Positions 29,526 through 39,053 of a stretch of 64,000 nucleotides of DNA are shown piece after piece. Source of the stretch: an uncultured delta proteobacterium. Its GTDB lineage: Bacteria; Desulfobacterota; Desulfomonilia; UBA1062. The number at the start of each line of letters is the position of its first letter. The first letter of the stretch is position 1. The translations under genes and the position numbers were made by a program. The stretch is from positions 256,001-320,000 of the forward strand of contig CAWCTR010000004.1 in the NCBI GenBank assembly GCA_963798485.1. The letters are read 5' to 3'. Below the pieces are notes generated by a model. It saw only the letters and a list, made by a program, of their open reading frames with translations. It had not been told where the DNA came from and made no database searches.

Positions 29526-30506
29526 TCAAGACTCAGTATGTGCCGGACTTACCCCTGGTTGCTTCTTTTTATTATTGAGAACATATTCCCTGAAGTCCAA
29601 CTTCTTTTTGACGACCCTTCTCATATCAGAGCGCTTGAGCCACCTGGCGTATAACCAGGACCAATTCTCCGGGTGTTCCCTGACGACAGAAACCACCCAG
29701 GACTGCATGAAGTCGCTCAGTTGCTGTATGGCCTCATCCCCATCGCCGAACTGCGCCGAATCTACGGCCTTGGCGAAGTGCCAGTGGAAGGTGCCTTTCT
29801 CCTTAGTGATATAGACCGGCATGACAAGGGCATTCCCTTTGAGTGCCAGGGAGGCCGGTGCTGATTTGGAAGGCGCCGGCATGCCGAAGACATCACAGTA
29901 CAGGTCCTCTTTCCGGTCGCCACGTAAGTCAATGATCCAACCGATAGTCTTGCCCTTTTTCAGTTCATCGATAAGCATATGGAATGAGCCCGTGGACGGC
30001 AGGGTGGTGGCGCCGCAGCGGTCCCGGATATCGTTCACTATAGCTTCAAGCTTCGGGTTGTTGATGGTATTAACCATGACGCAAAACGGGATACCCAGAA
30101 CCCTGGGGATATGTCCGAGGATCTCCCAGTTACTGATGTGGCCCGAGATCATCATGACGCCTCGGCCCGAAGCCTGGGCCTCATCCATGTGCTCTTTTCC
30201 CTCCACCACGATCCTGCTTCTGATCTCCTCATCGCTCATAAATGCATACCGGATCGTATCTACAATCATTTCCGTCTGGTTCATGAACACCTTCAGCACA
30301 AGCCGCCATGGGTTTTTAATGCCAAGGGCGGCGCGTAACTGGATCGTGGCAACTTTTCTGTGGAACGAGTCTACGAGCCAGATGATGATGCCGATAAATC
30401 GAAAAAGATTCGAGGCGAAGTTATAGGGCAGGCATCGGATGAGCCTGATCGCAACGCGTAATGCCTGATACGGTATGTCCTGTATGATTGAGATAATGGA
30501 TTTCAT
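29526..30506 (-). CDS. Lipid A late acyltransferase, LpxL/LpxM family (paralog 1)
   Basis: GRGVMMISGHISNWE, FGMPA, HPENWSWLYARW. Confidence 0.88.
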   Translation of the reverse strand: MKSIISIIQDIPYQALRVAIRLIRCLPYNFASNLFRFIGIIIWLVDSFHRKVATIQLRAALGIKNPWRLVLKVFMNQTEMIVDTIRYAFMSDEEIRSRIVVEGKEHMDEAQASGRGVMMISGHISNWEILGHIPRVLGIPFCVMVNTINNPKLEAIVNDIRDRCGATTLPSTGSFHMLIDELKKGKTIGWIIDLRGDRKEDLYCDVFGMPAPSKSAPASLALKGNALVMPVYITKEKGTFHWHFAKAVDSAQFGDGDEAIQQLSDFMQSWVVSVVREHPENWSWLYARWLKRSDMRRVVKKKLDFREYVLNNKKKQPGVSPAHTES

Positions 30507-31474
30507 GATTTCTTCTTTTGTGCTTTAATTTCTTCAGCCTGGGCCTTTGTGAACTCTCGAAAGTCATTAACGGTCTGAATGGTCTTGGCGAAGTGTGCAC
30601 GTCTCACCCATCTGCTGTGAAGCCAGAACCACTGATCAGGATACCTTTCCACTACCGTTTCCACCCAGGTGTGCATAAAGTCGGAGAGGCCCTGAATTGC
30701 ATCATGTCCGGACCCGAATCCCGTGCTGTCCACGGCCTTGTCGATGCGGATATGGTGGGTTCCATGGAGCTTAACGATATAAGCCGGCAGGACAAGGGCG
30801 CCTCCTTTTATGGCAATGAACGCAGGCGCAGGGTTTGTCAGGGCAGGCAGGCCGAAGAAGTTGCAGAGGATGCCGTGTCTGCGCCTGCCGCGCTGGTCTA
30901 TGATCATACTGATGATACGGCCTTTTTTCAACTCCTTGATGAGCATGAGGGCCTTGCCCTTGGGAGGAAGGAGGGTGATCCCCGAGTGGGAGCGCATCTC
31001 ATTTATGATGGATTCAAGCCGGGCATTCTTGCGTATGTCGGCCATGTGGCAGAACTCTATGTTTAGAAGCCTCGATATGTGCGATATGACCTCCCAGTTC
31101 CCGATGTGACCCGTGAACATCATAAGCCCCCTGCCGCTCGATAAGGCCTCATCAAGGTTCTCTTTCCCCTCCACTATGATCCTGGCCTTGATCTCCTCAT
31201 TACTCATGTATGCATACTTTATCGCATCCACCATGATCTCCCCCTGGTTCATGAACACCTTCAATCCAAGACGCCATGGGTTATCCAGCCCGAGGGCGGA
31301 GCTCATCTGGATCTTCACGATCTTGCGGCGAAGAGGCATGAAGAGCCAGACCAGGAGCATGATGGACCTGCCTAGGGTTATGGCTGCATGGTACGGCATG
31401 GCCAGGATGAGACGGATCATGGCGAGTGTTCCGTAGTACTGGACAGCGCTCGATACCCTTGTCGCAAAACTCAT
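30503..31474 (-). CDS. Lipid A late acyltransferase, LpxL/LpxM family (paralog 2)
   Basis: GRGLMMFTGHIGNWE, IDQ, FFGLPALT, YPDQWFWLHSRW. Confidence 0.9.
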   Translation of the reverse strand: MSFATRVSSAVQYYGTLAMIRLILAMPYHAAITLGRSIMLLVWLFMPLRRKIVKIQMSSALGLDNPWRLGLKVFMNQGEIMVDAIKYAYMSNEEIKARIIVEGKENLDEALSSGRGLMMFTGHIGNWEVISHISRLLNIEFCHMADIRKNARLESIINEMRSHSGITLLPPKGKALMLIKELKKGRIISMIIDQRGRRRHGILCNFFGLPALTNPAPAFIAIKGGALVLPAYIVKLHGTHHIRIDKAVDSTGFGSGHDAIQGLSDFMHTWVETVVERYPDQWFWLHSRWVRRAHFAKTIQTVNDFREFTKAQAEEIKAQKKKS

Positions 31475-32040
31475 CTCTTCATATCCTTAAGTATCCAGTG
31501 TACTGCATCCTTTATACCGGCTGCCATAAAATCCGCTTTTGTCTGCAAATCTATATCTTTTCCTGCGCCGACAAGGACACCCTTGCCGCCCACCCGGTGT
31601 ATGGTCTCAATGTCAATAGGCTTGTCCCCTACCAGGTAACAGTGCATCAGATCAAGTCCGAAGTCTTCGGCAGCCCTGAGCAGAAGACCGGGCCGGGGCT
31701 TTCTGCATGTGCAGGCGATCCGGTATTCTTCCCTGATCCCGTCTATGTGGTGGGGGCAATAGTAGATGGCATCGATCCTCGCCCCCTGCCCGGCAAGAAG
31801 GGTCGTAAGCCCCTCGTGGATCGCCTCAAGTGTTTCCTCTGTGAAAAAACCCCTAGCAATGCCGGATTGATTGGTGATGATGATTGCCGGGATGCCCGAC
31901 TCATTGAGTATACGAATAGCCTCAACTGCACCCGGCAGGATATCGATGTCTGCGGGGTCGCTCAGGTATCCCGGGTCCCTGATGATGGTCTCATCCCTGT
32001 CCAGGAAAACGGCTGTTTCGGGCCAAGCGCTCGATCTCAT
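31471..32040 (-). CDS. gmhB: D-glycero-D-manno-heptose-1,7-bisphosphate phosphatase (HAD)
   Basis: AVFLDRDET, ITNQSGIARG, YCPHH...CTCRKPRPG, VGDKPID. Confidence 0.9.
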   Translation of the reverse strand: MRSSAWPETAVFLDRDETIIRDPGYLSDPADIDILPGAVEAIRILNESGIPAIIITNQSGIARGFFTEETLEAIHEGLTTLLAGQGARIDAIYYCPHHIDGIREEYRIACTCRKPRPGLLLRAAEDFGLDLMHCYLVGDKPIDIETIHRVGGKGVLVGAGKDIDLQTKADFMAAGIKDAVHWILKDMKR

Positions 32041-32983
32041 CTATTATCCCTGCCAATCCGGGCATCTCAATGCCTACACGCACGGCATAGAGCTTGTCTA
32101 ACCCTGTGGTAAACCATGCCGTGTCGATCTTCACCAGGTCCTTCTCCGTTGTCAGTACCAGGTCCTTGTCTGAAGCCCTGTCCATAATCTCTTTTACATC
32201 GTTAACCGTATAGCAATGATGGTCTTGATAGGCAAGCCGCTCAACTATAGCCCCCAGCCGCTCCAGCATGGCAAAAAAGTGATCGGGCCTGCCGATGGCG
32301 CAGAAGGCCAGTATCCGCTTGCCTGCAAGAAGACCTTGGTCCGAGGTGTTTCCATGAGGATCGACCAGGGCCGACGGTTTAAGCTCGGCCTTGAGCCCGT
32401 CATAGCGAGCCCCTTTCATGGCGACAATGATACCGGCGCGTGAAAGAGAAGATGCAGGCTCACGGAGCCGGCCTGCTGGCAGGAGCCTCTCGCGGGTAAT
32501 GTCCCTGCTCACAAGGACAATGTCCAGGTCGCGGTGAAGTCTGCGGTGCTGGAAACCGTCGTCCAAGATGATGATCTCGGCGCCGAGATGCACATAGGCA
32601 AAGAGCGCACCCCTATGACGGTCAGGGCTCTTGATGACAGGCGCCTTCATGAGCCTGGCCATGAGCAGTGCCTCATCACCTGCTTCCTCGTTTCTGTGCT
32701 GCGGCGTAACGATAATGGGGCCGGCAAGCCTGCCCTTGTACCCTCGCGTCACGATGGCGACCTTGCGGCCCCTGTGATAGAGCTCATCCGCCAGGGCCAT
32801 GGTAAAGGGGGTCTTGCCCGTGCCGCCTGCCTCGATATTGCCCACGCTCACCACAACCAAAGGCACCCTCACTGCCTTCAGGACACCTATGTCGTACAAG
32901 GTGTTGCGGGTCTTCACCGCAGCGCCATAGATCAGCGCCAGGCCGTTAAGGAGTTCCGAACTGAAGGGCATAGAGCCTCGCAT
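31991..32983 (-). CDS. lpxK: Tetraacyldisaccharide 4'-kinase
   Basis: SVGNIEAGGTGKTP, RGY, GDE, LDDGFQHRRLHRDLDI, LLPAGRLRE, TTEKD. Confidence 0.93.
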   Translation of the reverse strand: MRGSMPFSSELLNGLALIYGAAVKTRNTLYDIGVLKAVRVPLVVVSVGNIEAGGTGKTPFTMALADELYHRGRKVAIVTRGYKGRLAGPIIVTPQHRNEEAGDEALLMARLMKAPVIKSPDRHRGALFAYVHLGAEIIILDDGFQHRRLHRDLDIVLVSRDITRERLLPAGRLREPASSLSRAGIIVAMKGARYDGLKAELKPSALVDPHGNTSDQGLLAGKRILAFCAIGRPDHFFAMLERLGAIVERLAYQDHHCYTVNDVKEIMDRASDKDLVLTTEKDLVKIDTAWFTTGLDKLYAVRVGIEMPGLAGIIDEIERLARNSRFPGQG

Positions 32984-34682
32984 AGTGGCCGTCTTTTATC
33001 AAAAGCTCATGGTGGGTCCCTTGCTCTACGATCCGGCCATGGCTGAGCACGATGATCTCATCCGCGCCAACTATGGTGGAGAGCCGGTGGGCTATCACCA
33101 GGGAGGTCCTCCCTTTCATGAGCCTGTCCAGCGCCGCCTGGACCTCGCGTTCAGACTCCGTGTCGAGAGCCGATGTGGCCTCATCCAGGATGAGGATCGG
33201 TGCGTTCTTGATTATCGCCCTTGCGATACACAGTCTCTGACGCTGGCCGCCCGAAAGCCTCACCCCGCTCTCACCAACCACGGTGTCATACCCATCCTTC
33301 AGACTCATGATAAATTCATGGGCATTTGCCGCCTTGGCGGCTTCACAGATCTCATCCATGGATGATCTCTGGGTGCCATAGGCAATATTGGCCTTGATAG
33401 TGTCGTTGAACAGGATCATCTCCTGGGTTACCATGGCGATGTTCTCGCGCAACGACTTGGTGGTTACATCCCTGATATCAGTCCCTGAGACAAGGATGGA
33501 ACCCTTGCTTACTTCAAAGAAGCGGGGCAGCAGGTTTGCGATGGTGGACTTGCCGGAGCCGGATTCCCCGACAAGGGCCAGCTGCTTGCCCTTTTGGGCC
33601 GTAAAGCTGATGTCTTCTAACGCGTATCGCTGGTCTGAAAAATAACTGAACCATACGTTTCTCAGCTCAAAATTCCCTTCCAGGCGAGGCAGGGTGATAC
33701 TGAGAGGTTTTTCAACGATCTCAGGACTGGTGTCCAACAGCTCGAAGATCCTCTTGGCGGCCGCGATGCCTTCCTGGATCTCGATGTTCACCTTGTTGAG
33801 CTTACGGATCGGCGCATAGAGCAAGGACAAGCCGGTGATGAAGGACATGAAGTCACCCGGCGTCAAGGCCCCTCTGATAACCTTCATGCCCCCATACCAG
33901 AGAAGGAAGGCCGTGCCGAGGCCCCCGATGAGCTCCAGGAGAGGCCCGGAGAGTGCCCGGATGGAGATCCTCTTCATCCAGTTCTTGTAATAATTCTGGT
34001 TCTCATCGGAGAAGCGCTTTGTTTCATACTCCTCCATGTTATATGCCTTTACGATCCTGATGCCGCTGATGGCCTCGTCCAGGATGCTCATGACATTGCC
34101 CATGACCTTCATGCTCTTGGTGGAGTAGCGCTTCAGCCTCTGGCCGAAGTTGCTGATGGGATAAATGACCAGGGGGAACACCAACATGGCGATGATGGCA
34201 AGCCTCCAGTCACGCCAGAATACCACGAGGACAAGACCGATGAGGGTCAGGGATTGGCGGATAAACTCGGTAACCGACTCGGTTACCGAGAGCTGCACCA
34301 TATTCACATCATTGGTGATCCTGCTGATAAGGGTGCCTGTGGGGGTCCTTATAAAATAGGGCATGGACAGGGTTTGTATGTGGTTATAGAGCCTGTCCCT
34401 GATATCCCTTATCACACTCTGGCCCACATCGTTCATGTTATAGAAACTGAAGTAGTCGCATACGCTCTTAATGATGTAGATGGCGATCACGGACGAGGCC
34501 ATAAGGATGAGCCAGAACTGGTCCTTTCCGATAAAGACCTTGTCCATGACATATTTCACCATGAGCGCTATGGCAGGCATGGCCCCTGCGACAACAGTCG
34601 TGAGGATAAGCGACATCACAAGCTTCATCCGGTAGGGCTTGATGAAAGAAAGCAGTCTGCGGTAAATGCCCAGATTGGTCAT
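32946..34682 (-). CDS. msbA: Lipid A flippase ABC transporter
   Basis: Fused [31 protein letters not shown]; between lpxB and lpxK. Confidence 0.92.
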   Translation of the reverse strand: MTNLGIYRRLLSFIKPYRMKLVMSLILTTVVAGAMPAIALMVKYVMDKVFIGKDQFWLILMASSVIAIYIIKSVCDYFSFYNMNDVGQSVIRDIRDRLYNHIQTLSMPYFIRTPTGTLISRITNDVNMVQLSVTESVTEFIRQSLTLIGLVLVVFWRDWRLAIIAMLVFPLVIYPISNFGQRLKRYSTKSMKVMGNVMSILDEAISGIRIVKAYNMEEYETKRFSDENQNYYKNWMKRISIRALSGPLLELIGGLGTAFLLWYGGMKVIRGALTPGDFMSFITGLSLLYAPIRKLNKVNIEIQEGIAAAKRIFELLDTSPEIVEKPLSITLPRLEGNFELRNVWFSYFSDQRYALEDISFTAQKGKQLALVGESGSGKSTIANLLPRFFEVSKGSILVSGTDIRDVTTKSLRENIAMVTQEMILFNDTIKANIAYGTQRSSMDEICEAAKAANAHEFIMSLKDGYDTVVGESGVRLSGGQRQRLCIARAIIKNAPILILDEATSALDTESEREVQAALDRLMKGRTSLVIAHRLSTIVGADEIIVLSHGRIVEQGTHHELLIKDGHYARLYALQFGTP

Positions 34683-35776
34683 GCAGCCCCCAGCAGCTCC
34701 TGTGCCCAGAGAGCCACCTGGATGGAGGCCTTCTTGTCGCCGAGTAATCGCCTCATGTCATGATATGAGCGCCCCGTGGCCTCAAAGAGTCCTTCATCAT
34801 CCAGATATCCGCACATGGTACGTGCGAGTTCCTCAGCGGTAAAATGTCCCTGGATGAGTTCGGGAACGATTGCTTTGCCTGTAATGATATTGGGCATACC
34901 GATATGATCGATCTTCACAAAGCCCCGAGCAAGGAAATAATTTATAAAAGATGTCCTGTAGCATATGACCTCCGGTATGCCCTGGAAGGCCATTTCCAAC
35001 GATGATGTGCCGGACTTTACCATGGCCAGATCCACATCCGGTAACGCCACTTCAAGGCTGACATCCTTATCCACCATAGCGGTGATGGCATTTACATCCA
35101 GCCCTTTTGCCACCGGAAGGTGCCAGGTGAGGTCGTGGTGTTTCTTTTCAATATGGCGTTTTGCATCCATCATGACAGGCAGGATTTTAGCGACTTCATG
35201 ATGTCTGCTGCCCGGCATGATCCCGATTCGTTTGGGGGGCCAGGAGGCCTTCCCGGAAGGCCGGGGTACCTCGGTGTCTACAAACGGATGTCCCACATAT
35301 CGTGCATTTACACCATAAGATGCAAAGAACCGCTCTTCAAAGGGGAAGATCACGGCCAGGCCGTCGGTGACGTGCGCGAGTGTCTTGGCCCGGCCACGTC
35401 TCCATGCCCATGCCTGGGGTGCAATGTAGTACAGGACAGTCAAGCCTTTTGCCTTGGCGTAGCGGGCAAGCCGCATGTTGAAATCCGGCAGATCAACAGG
35501 GATGAAGAGGTCGGGCCTTCTCTCATCCATGAGTCGTTTGATCCCTCTATAGACCTTTATGATCTTAAAGATCCTGGGGATGACATCCGTGAATCCCATG
35601 ACCGAGAGCTCGTCCATGCCGAAGATGCATTCCATACCGGCATGAGCCATCTCGGGGCCGCCCATGCCGAATATCTCGGAAGCGGGCATGAGCTGCCTAA
35701 CGGCCCTGATTACGTGTGAGGCATGCCTGTCTGCACTCGCCTCTCCCGCCACCATGAGGATCTTCTGCGTGGTCAT
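34679..35776 (-). CDS. lpxB: Lipid-A-disaccharide synthase
   Basis: AGEASAD, DLPDFN, PQAWAWR, YVGHP, PGSR, SGTSSLE, MPNII. Confidence 0.95.
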   Translation of the reverse strand: MTTQKILMVAGEASADRHASHVIRAVRQLMPASEIFGMGGPEMAHAGMECIFGMDELSVMGFTDVIPRIFKIIKVYRGIKRLMDERRPDLFIPVDLPDFNMRLARYAKAKGLTVLYYIAPQAWAWRRGRAKTLAHVTDGLAVIFPFEERFFASYGVNARYVGHPFVDTEVPRPSGKASWPPKRIGIMPGSRHHEVAKILPVMMDAKRHIEKKHHDLTWHLPVAKGLDVNAITAMVDKDVSLEVALPDVDLAMVKSGTSSLEMAFQGIPEVICYRTSFINYFLARGFVKIDHIGMPNIITGKAIVPELIQGHFTAEELARTMCGYLDDEGLFEATGRSYHDMRRLLGDKKASIQVALWAQELLGAA

Positions 35777-36699
35777 CTCTTGGGCACTATAAGGGCGTTT
35801 TTGATGGCATATGCCATCTCAAGGGCCTTGAGCCCTGCCGTACCGTCCACTACAACAGGGCTGCCGTGGAGGACTGCGTCCACAAAAGAGCGGATCTCGG
35901 ATGCAAGGGCGTCCGATTCCGATATGGCAATGTGCTTATGTTGTATTTCCCGTGATTCGCTTACGGTATAGACATCCACCTTGGCCTTGGCGAAATCCAG
36001 CGAGATATAGGAGTCCGGCTGGAAGATCCTTATCTTGCGCATCACCTCGGCGCTCACCCGGCTGGCTGTAATGTTGGCGATACAGCCGGATTCAAAGCGT
36101 AACCTGGCGTTCGCAATGTCTACCGAGTCCGTGAGCACCGGCACACCCACGGCCTCTAAGGAGGCAACGCTCGAGTCAACCAGGGAAAGGATGATGTCCA
36201 GGTCATGGATCATGATGTCAAGTACTGCATCTACATCCGTACCCCGCGCCCTGAACGGGCTGATCCGGTGGGCCTCAATGAACATAGGGTTTGTGATGCT
36301 GCTTCTGAGCTCAAGCAATGCCGGGTTGAAGCGCTCCAGGTGCCCGATCTGGAGAATGGCGCCGCCGGCTCGCGAGGCGGCGATAATGGAGGATGCCTCA
36401 TCCAGTCTCCCTGCAACCGGTTTTTCCAGCAACACTGCCACACCGTCTTCGAGCAAGGGTATGGCCACCTCTGCATGCCTGGATGTGGGGACTGCGACAC
36501 TGGCGGCGTCGATCATGCCTTTGACGGACTCGACAGAGGTGTAAGGGGTGGTGCCGACCTCGCGGGCCACCTCGTGGGCCCTGGCCTTGTCGATGTCTAC
36601 AACACCCACAAGGTCGACATTTTCGAGTAAGGCAAATTTCTGGGCGTGGAATCGCCCCAGGTATCCCACCCCGATCACTGCAAGTTTAAGTTTTTTCAC
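35773..36699 (-). CDS. Gfo/Idh/MocA oxidoreductase, probable UDP-GlcNAc 3-dehydrogenase GnnA
   Basis: GVGYLGRFHA, LEKP, GHLERFNPA, DIMIHDLD, TASRVS; located between lpxA and lpxB as gnnA is. Confidence 0.8.
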   Translation of the reverse strand: MKKLKLAVIGVGYLGRFHAQKFALLENVDLVGVVDIDKARAHEVAREVGTTPYTSVESVKGMIDAASVAVPTSRHAEVAIPLLEDGVAVLLEKPVAGRLDEASSIIAASRAGGAILQIGHLERFNPALLELRSSITNPMFIEAHRISPFRARGTDVDAVLDIMIHDLDIILSLVDSSVASLEAVGVPVLTDSVDIANARLRFESGCIANITASRVSAEVMRKIRIFQPDSYISLDFAKAKVDVYTVSESREIQHKHIAISESDALASEIRSFVDAVLHGSPVVVDGTAGLKALEMAYAIKNALIVPKR

Positions 36700-37472
36700 C
36701 TGGTGATACCCCTGCGCGAAGACGTGAGAAATGCCCTCAGGTGTGAGATCTCTTGTGCGCCTTGAAATTCCTGTTCGAGGACTGAGAGCGCATCCTTCAG
36801 GGGGAGGCCCTGTTTGAACAAAATCCGATAGGCCTTTGTGATCCGCTCCATCTGCTCCTTGGTAAACCCGTTCCTTTTGAGCCCTATGGTATTTATGCCG
36901 TAAAGCCTTGCCCTGTCGCCCGATGCCTTGGCATAGGGCACGATATCCAGGCTCACCATGGAACCGCCGCCCAGGATGGCAAAGGCGCCGACACGCGTAA
37001 ACTGGTGGATGGCGGATAGACCGCCGATGATGGCGTTGTCATGGATCTCCACATGTCCCGCAAGTGTTGCGAGATTCCCCATGACCACATGGCTGCCTAC
37101 TATGCAATCATGGCCCACGTGGGAGTAGGCCATCAGGAGGTTGTTGCTGCCTATGCTGGTCACCTGTTTATCCTTGGTGGTGCCCCGGTTCAGTGTCACG
37201 AATTCACGGAACGTATTGTCATCGCCGATAACAAGCCTTGTCTCTTCACCGCGGTACGAATGATCCTGGGGCGGGGTGCCTATGCTGGCGTATCCAGTGA
37301 AGGTGCATCCCTTGCCGATCGACGTGGGGCCTTCGATCATACAATAAGGGCCTATAGAGGTGCCTTCGCCGATCTGTACCTTATCTCCGATGACGGCATA
37401 TGGTCCTATTGTCACGTTATCGGACAGGACGGCATTTGGTGAGACACGGGCGCTTGCGTCAATCCTTGACAA
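36696..37472 (-). CDS. lpxA: UDP-N-acetylglucosamine acyltransferase
   Basis: Hexapeptide repeats, PQD, REFVTLNRGT, HVGHDC, LAGHV, HQF. Confidence 0.95.
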   Translation of the reverse strand: MSRIDASARVSPNAVLSDNVTIGPYAVIGDKVQIGEGTSIGPYCMIEGPTSIGKGCTFTGYASIGTPPQDHSYRGEETRLVIGDDNTFREFVTLNRGTTKDKQVTSIGSNNLLMAYSHVGHDCIVGSHVVMGNLATLAGHVEIHDNAIIGGLSAIHQFTRVGAFAILGGGSMVSLDIVPYAKASGDRARLYGINTIGLKRNGFTKEQMERITKAYRILFKQGLPLKDALSVLEQEFQGAQEISHLRAFLTSSRRGITR

Positions 37473-38469
37473 GATCTTTTACCTTCCTTTCCAGCTCACG
37501 CACACGCTTTAACAGTTCCGGAAGATTCTTGTAGACAGTCTGGACCCTGAGCCAGTGTTTGTGGTCCATGGCAGGGAAACCCGAGATCACCTTGCCGGCG
37601 GGGATGTCTGAGGCAATACCGGTACGGCCGGCCGCAGTGACACCGTCACCGACGGTGATATGTCCGGCCACGCCGCACTGGCCTGCCAGCACGACTCCGG
37701 AACCGATGCGGGCGCTGCCTGAGATGCCCGTCTGGGCGACGATGATGGTATGGTCACCCACCACCACGTTATGGCCGATCTGTACGAGGTTGTCCATCTT
37801 AACGTCCGAACCTATCCTGGTGCTGGTAAGGGCAGCCCGGTCGATGGTGCAGTTGCTGCCGATCTCTACATGGTCGCCTATAATGACGATCCCCTTCTGG
37901 GGTACCTTGACGTGTTGCTTCCCGTCCCAGGCAAAGCCGAACCCGTCGGAGCCGATAACCACCCCTGCATGGATGATGCAGCGAGCGCCGATGGTACACC
38001 CGTCATAGACTACTACATTCGGGTAAAGTATGGTGTGCTCGCCGAGGGCAGCGCCATCACCGATGAAGCATCCGGGATAGATGACACTGGAAGGAGAGAT
38101 GCATGCATGAGCGCCGATGTAAACATGCGGGTAGATACAGGCGTCCTGGTGCACCTGAGCCTCAGGATGTACATAAGCATACTTTGAAATACCGGGGCGG
38201 TGGGATTTCTCCGGGTAAATGAGGTGCAGGACTTGAGCGAAATAGAGGTAGGCGTTTTCGGTTATGATCTGTGATACGGGCAGGTCAAGTGAGCCCTGGA
38301 CGATGACGGCGCCGGCCTTGGTGTCTTTTACCCGGTCACGGTACTTGAGATTGGCCAGGAATGTTATATCATTGAGGCAGGCATCATCAAGGGTTGAAGC
38401 CCCTGAGATCTCCCGGTCTTCACCCTGTAAGGCCCCCCCGAGAAGCTCTACGAGCCTGGACAGCAGCAT
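37459..38469 (-). CDS. lpxD: UDP-3-O-acylglucosamine N-acyltransferase
   Basis: IGSDGFGF, PQKG, TIDR, KMDNLVQIGHNV, AQTGISGS. Confidence 0.95.
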   Translation of the reverse strand: MLLSRLVELLGGALQGEDREISGASTLDDACLNDITFLANLKYRDRVKDTKAGAVIVQGSLDLPVSQIITENAYLYFAQVLHLIYPEKSHRPGISKYAYVHPEAQVHQDACIYPHVYIGAHACISPSSVIYPGCFIGDGAALGEHTILYPNVVVYDGCTIGARCIIHAGVVIGSDGFGFAWDGKQHVKVPQKGIVIIGDHVEIGSNCTIDRAALTSTRIGSDVKMDNLVQIGHNVVVGDHTIIVAQTGISGSARIGSGVVLAGQCGVAGHITVGDGVTAAGRTGIASDIPAGKVISGFPAMDHKHWLRVQTVYKNLPELLKRVRELERKVKDLVKD

Positions 38470-38478
38470 GGGTTTCTC

Positions 38479-39021
38479 TTACTTCGCCTTTCCCTTCTTT
38501 TCCTGATTGTGCTTATCAAATGCCGTTACGATCTGGTTCGTGATGTCGATCTTCGGATTTGCATAGACAATGGCGGGATTTTGCTTGTCCAGGACGATGT
38601 CGATGTTGTTCCTCTCGCTATAGGCCTTAATGATCTCATCAAGATCCTTGCTGAACGGTTTTAAGAATTCCATCTCCTTGCGCCTTAGCTCGTCTTGGGC
38701 GTCTTTTACGGCGCGGTTATAGTCCTTAAGCTCTTTGTCATACTTTGCCTCCAGATCTTCCCTTGCCGAGCTTGACATGGTTGCCGATTTGGCCTGGAGC
38801 TGATCGGCCATGGTCTTGAGCTTGTTCTGTTTCTTCTCGAGCTCTGAGGACTTCTGGTCTTTCATGGTGTTGAGTTGCTTGTACGCCTCCTTACCTGCTT
38901 GTGATTCATAGAGGATCTTCTGCGAGTCGAGATAGACGATTTTCGTGTCCTGTGCCCTAAGCGTGCCTGATGCCCAGCAGAGTAGGCAGATTGTAAAAAA
39001 GGCTATGATGATTCTTTTCAT
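38479..39021 (-). CDS. skp: OmpH/Skp periplasmic chaperone
   Basis: Signal peptide, coiled coil, DIT motif; between bamA and lpxD. Confidence 0.9.
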   Translation of the reverse strand: MKRIIIAFFTICLLCWASGTLRAQDTKIVYLDSQKILYESQAGKEAYKQLNTMKDQKSSELEKKQNKLKTMADQLQAKSATMSSSAREDLEAKYDKELKDYNRAVKDAQDELRRKEMEFLKPFSKDLDEIIKAYSERNNIDIVLDKQNPAIVYANPKIDITNQIVTAFDKHNQEKKGKAK

Positions 39022-39053
39022 ATGTGCTCCTCTCCGGAAATTGTTCTAAAAAT

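Noticed and set aside
31990-32010. GmhB motif DRDET instead of DRDGT
   Set aside because: Both catalytic Asp residues are intact; a single substitution is not evidence of a new function
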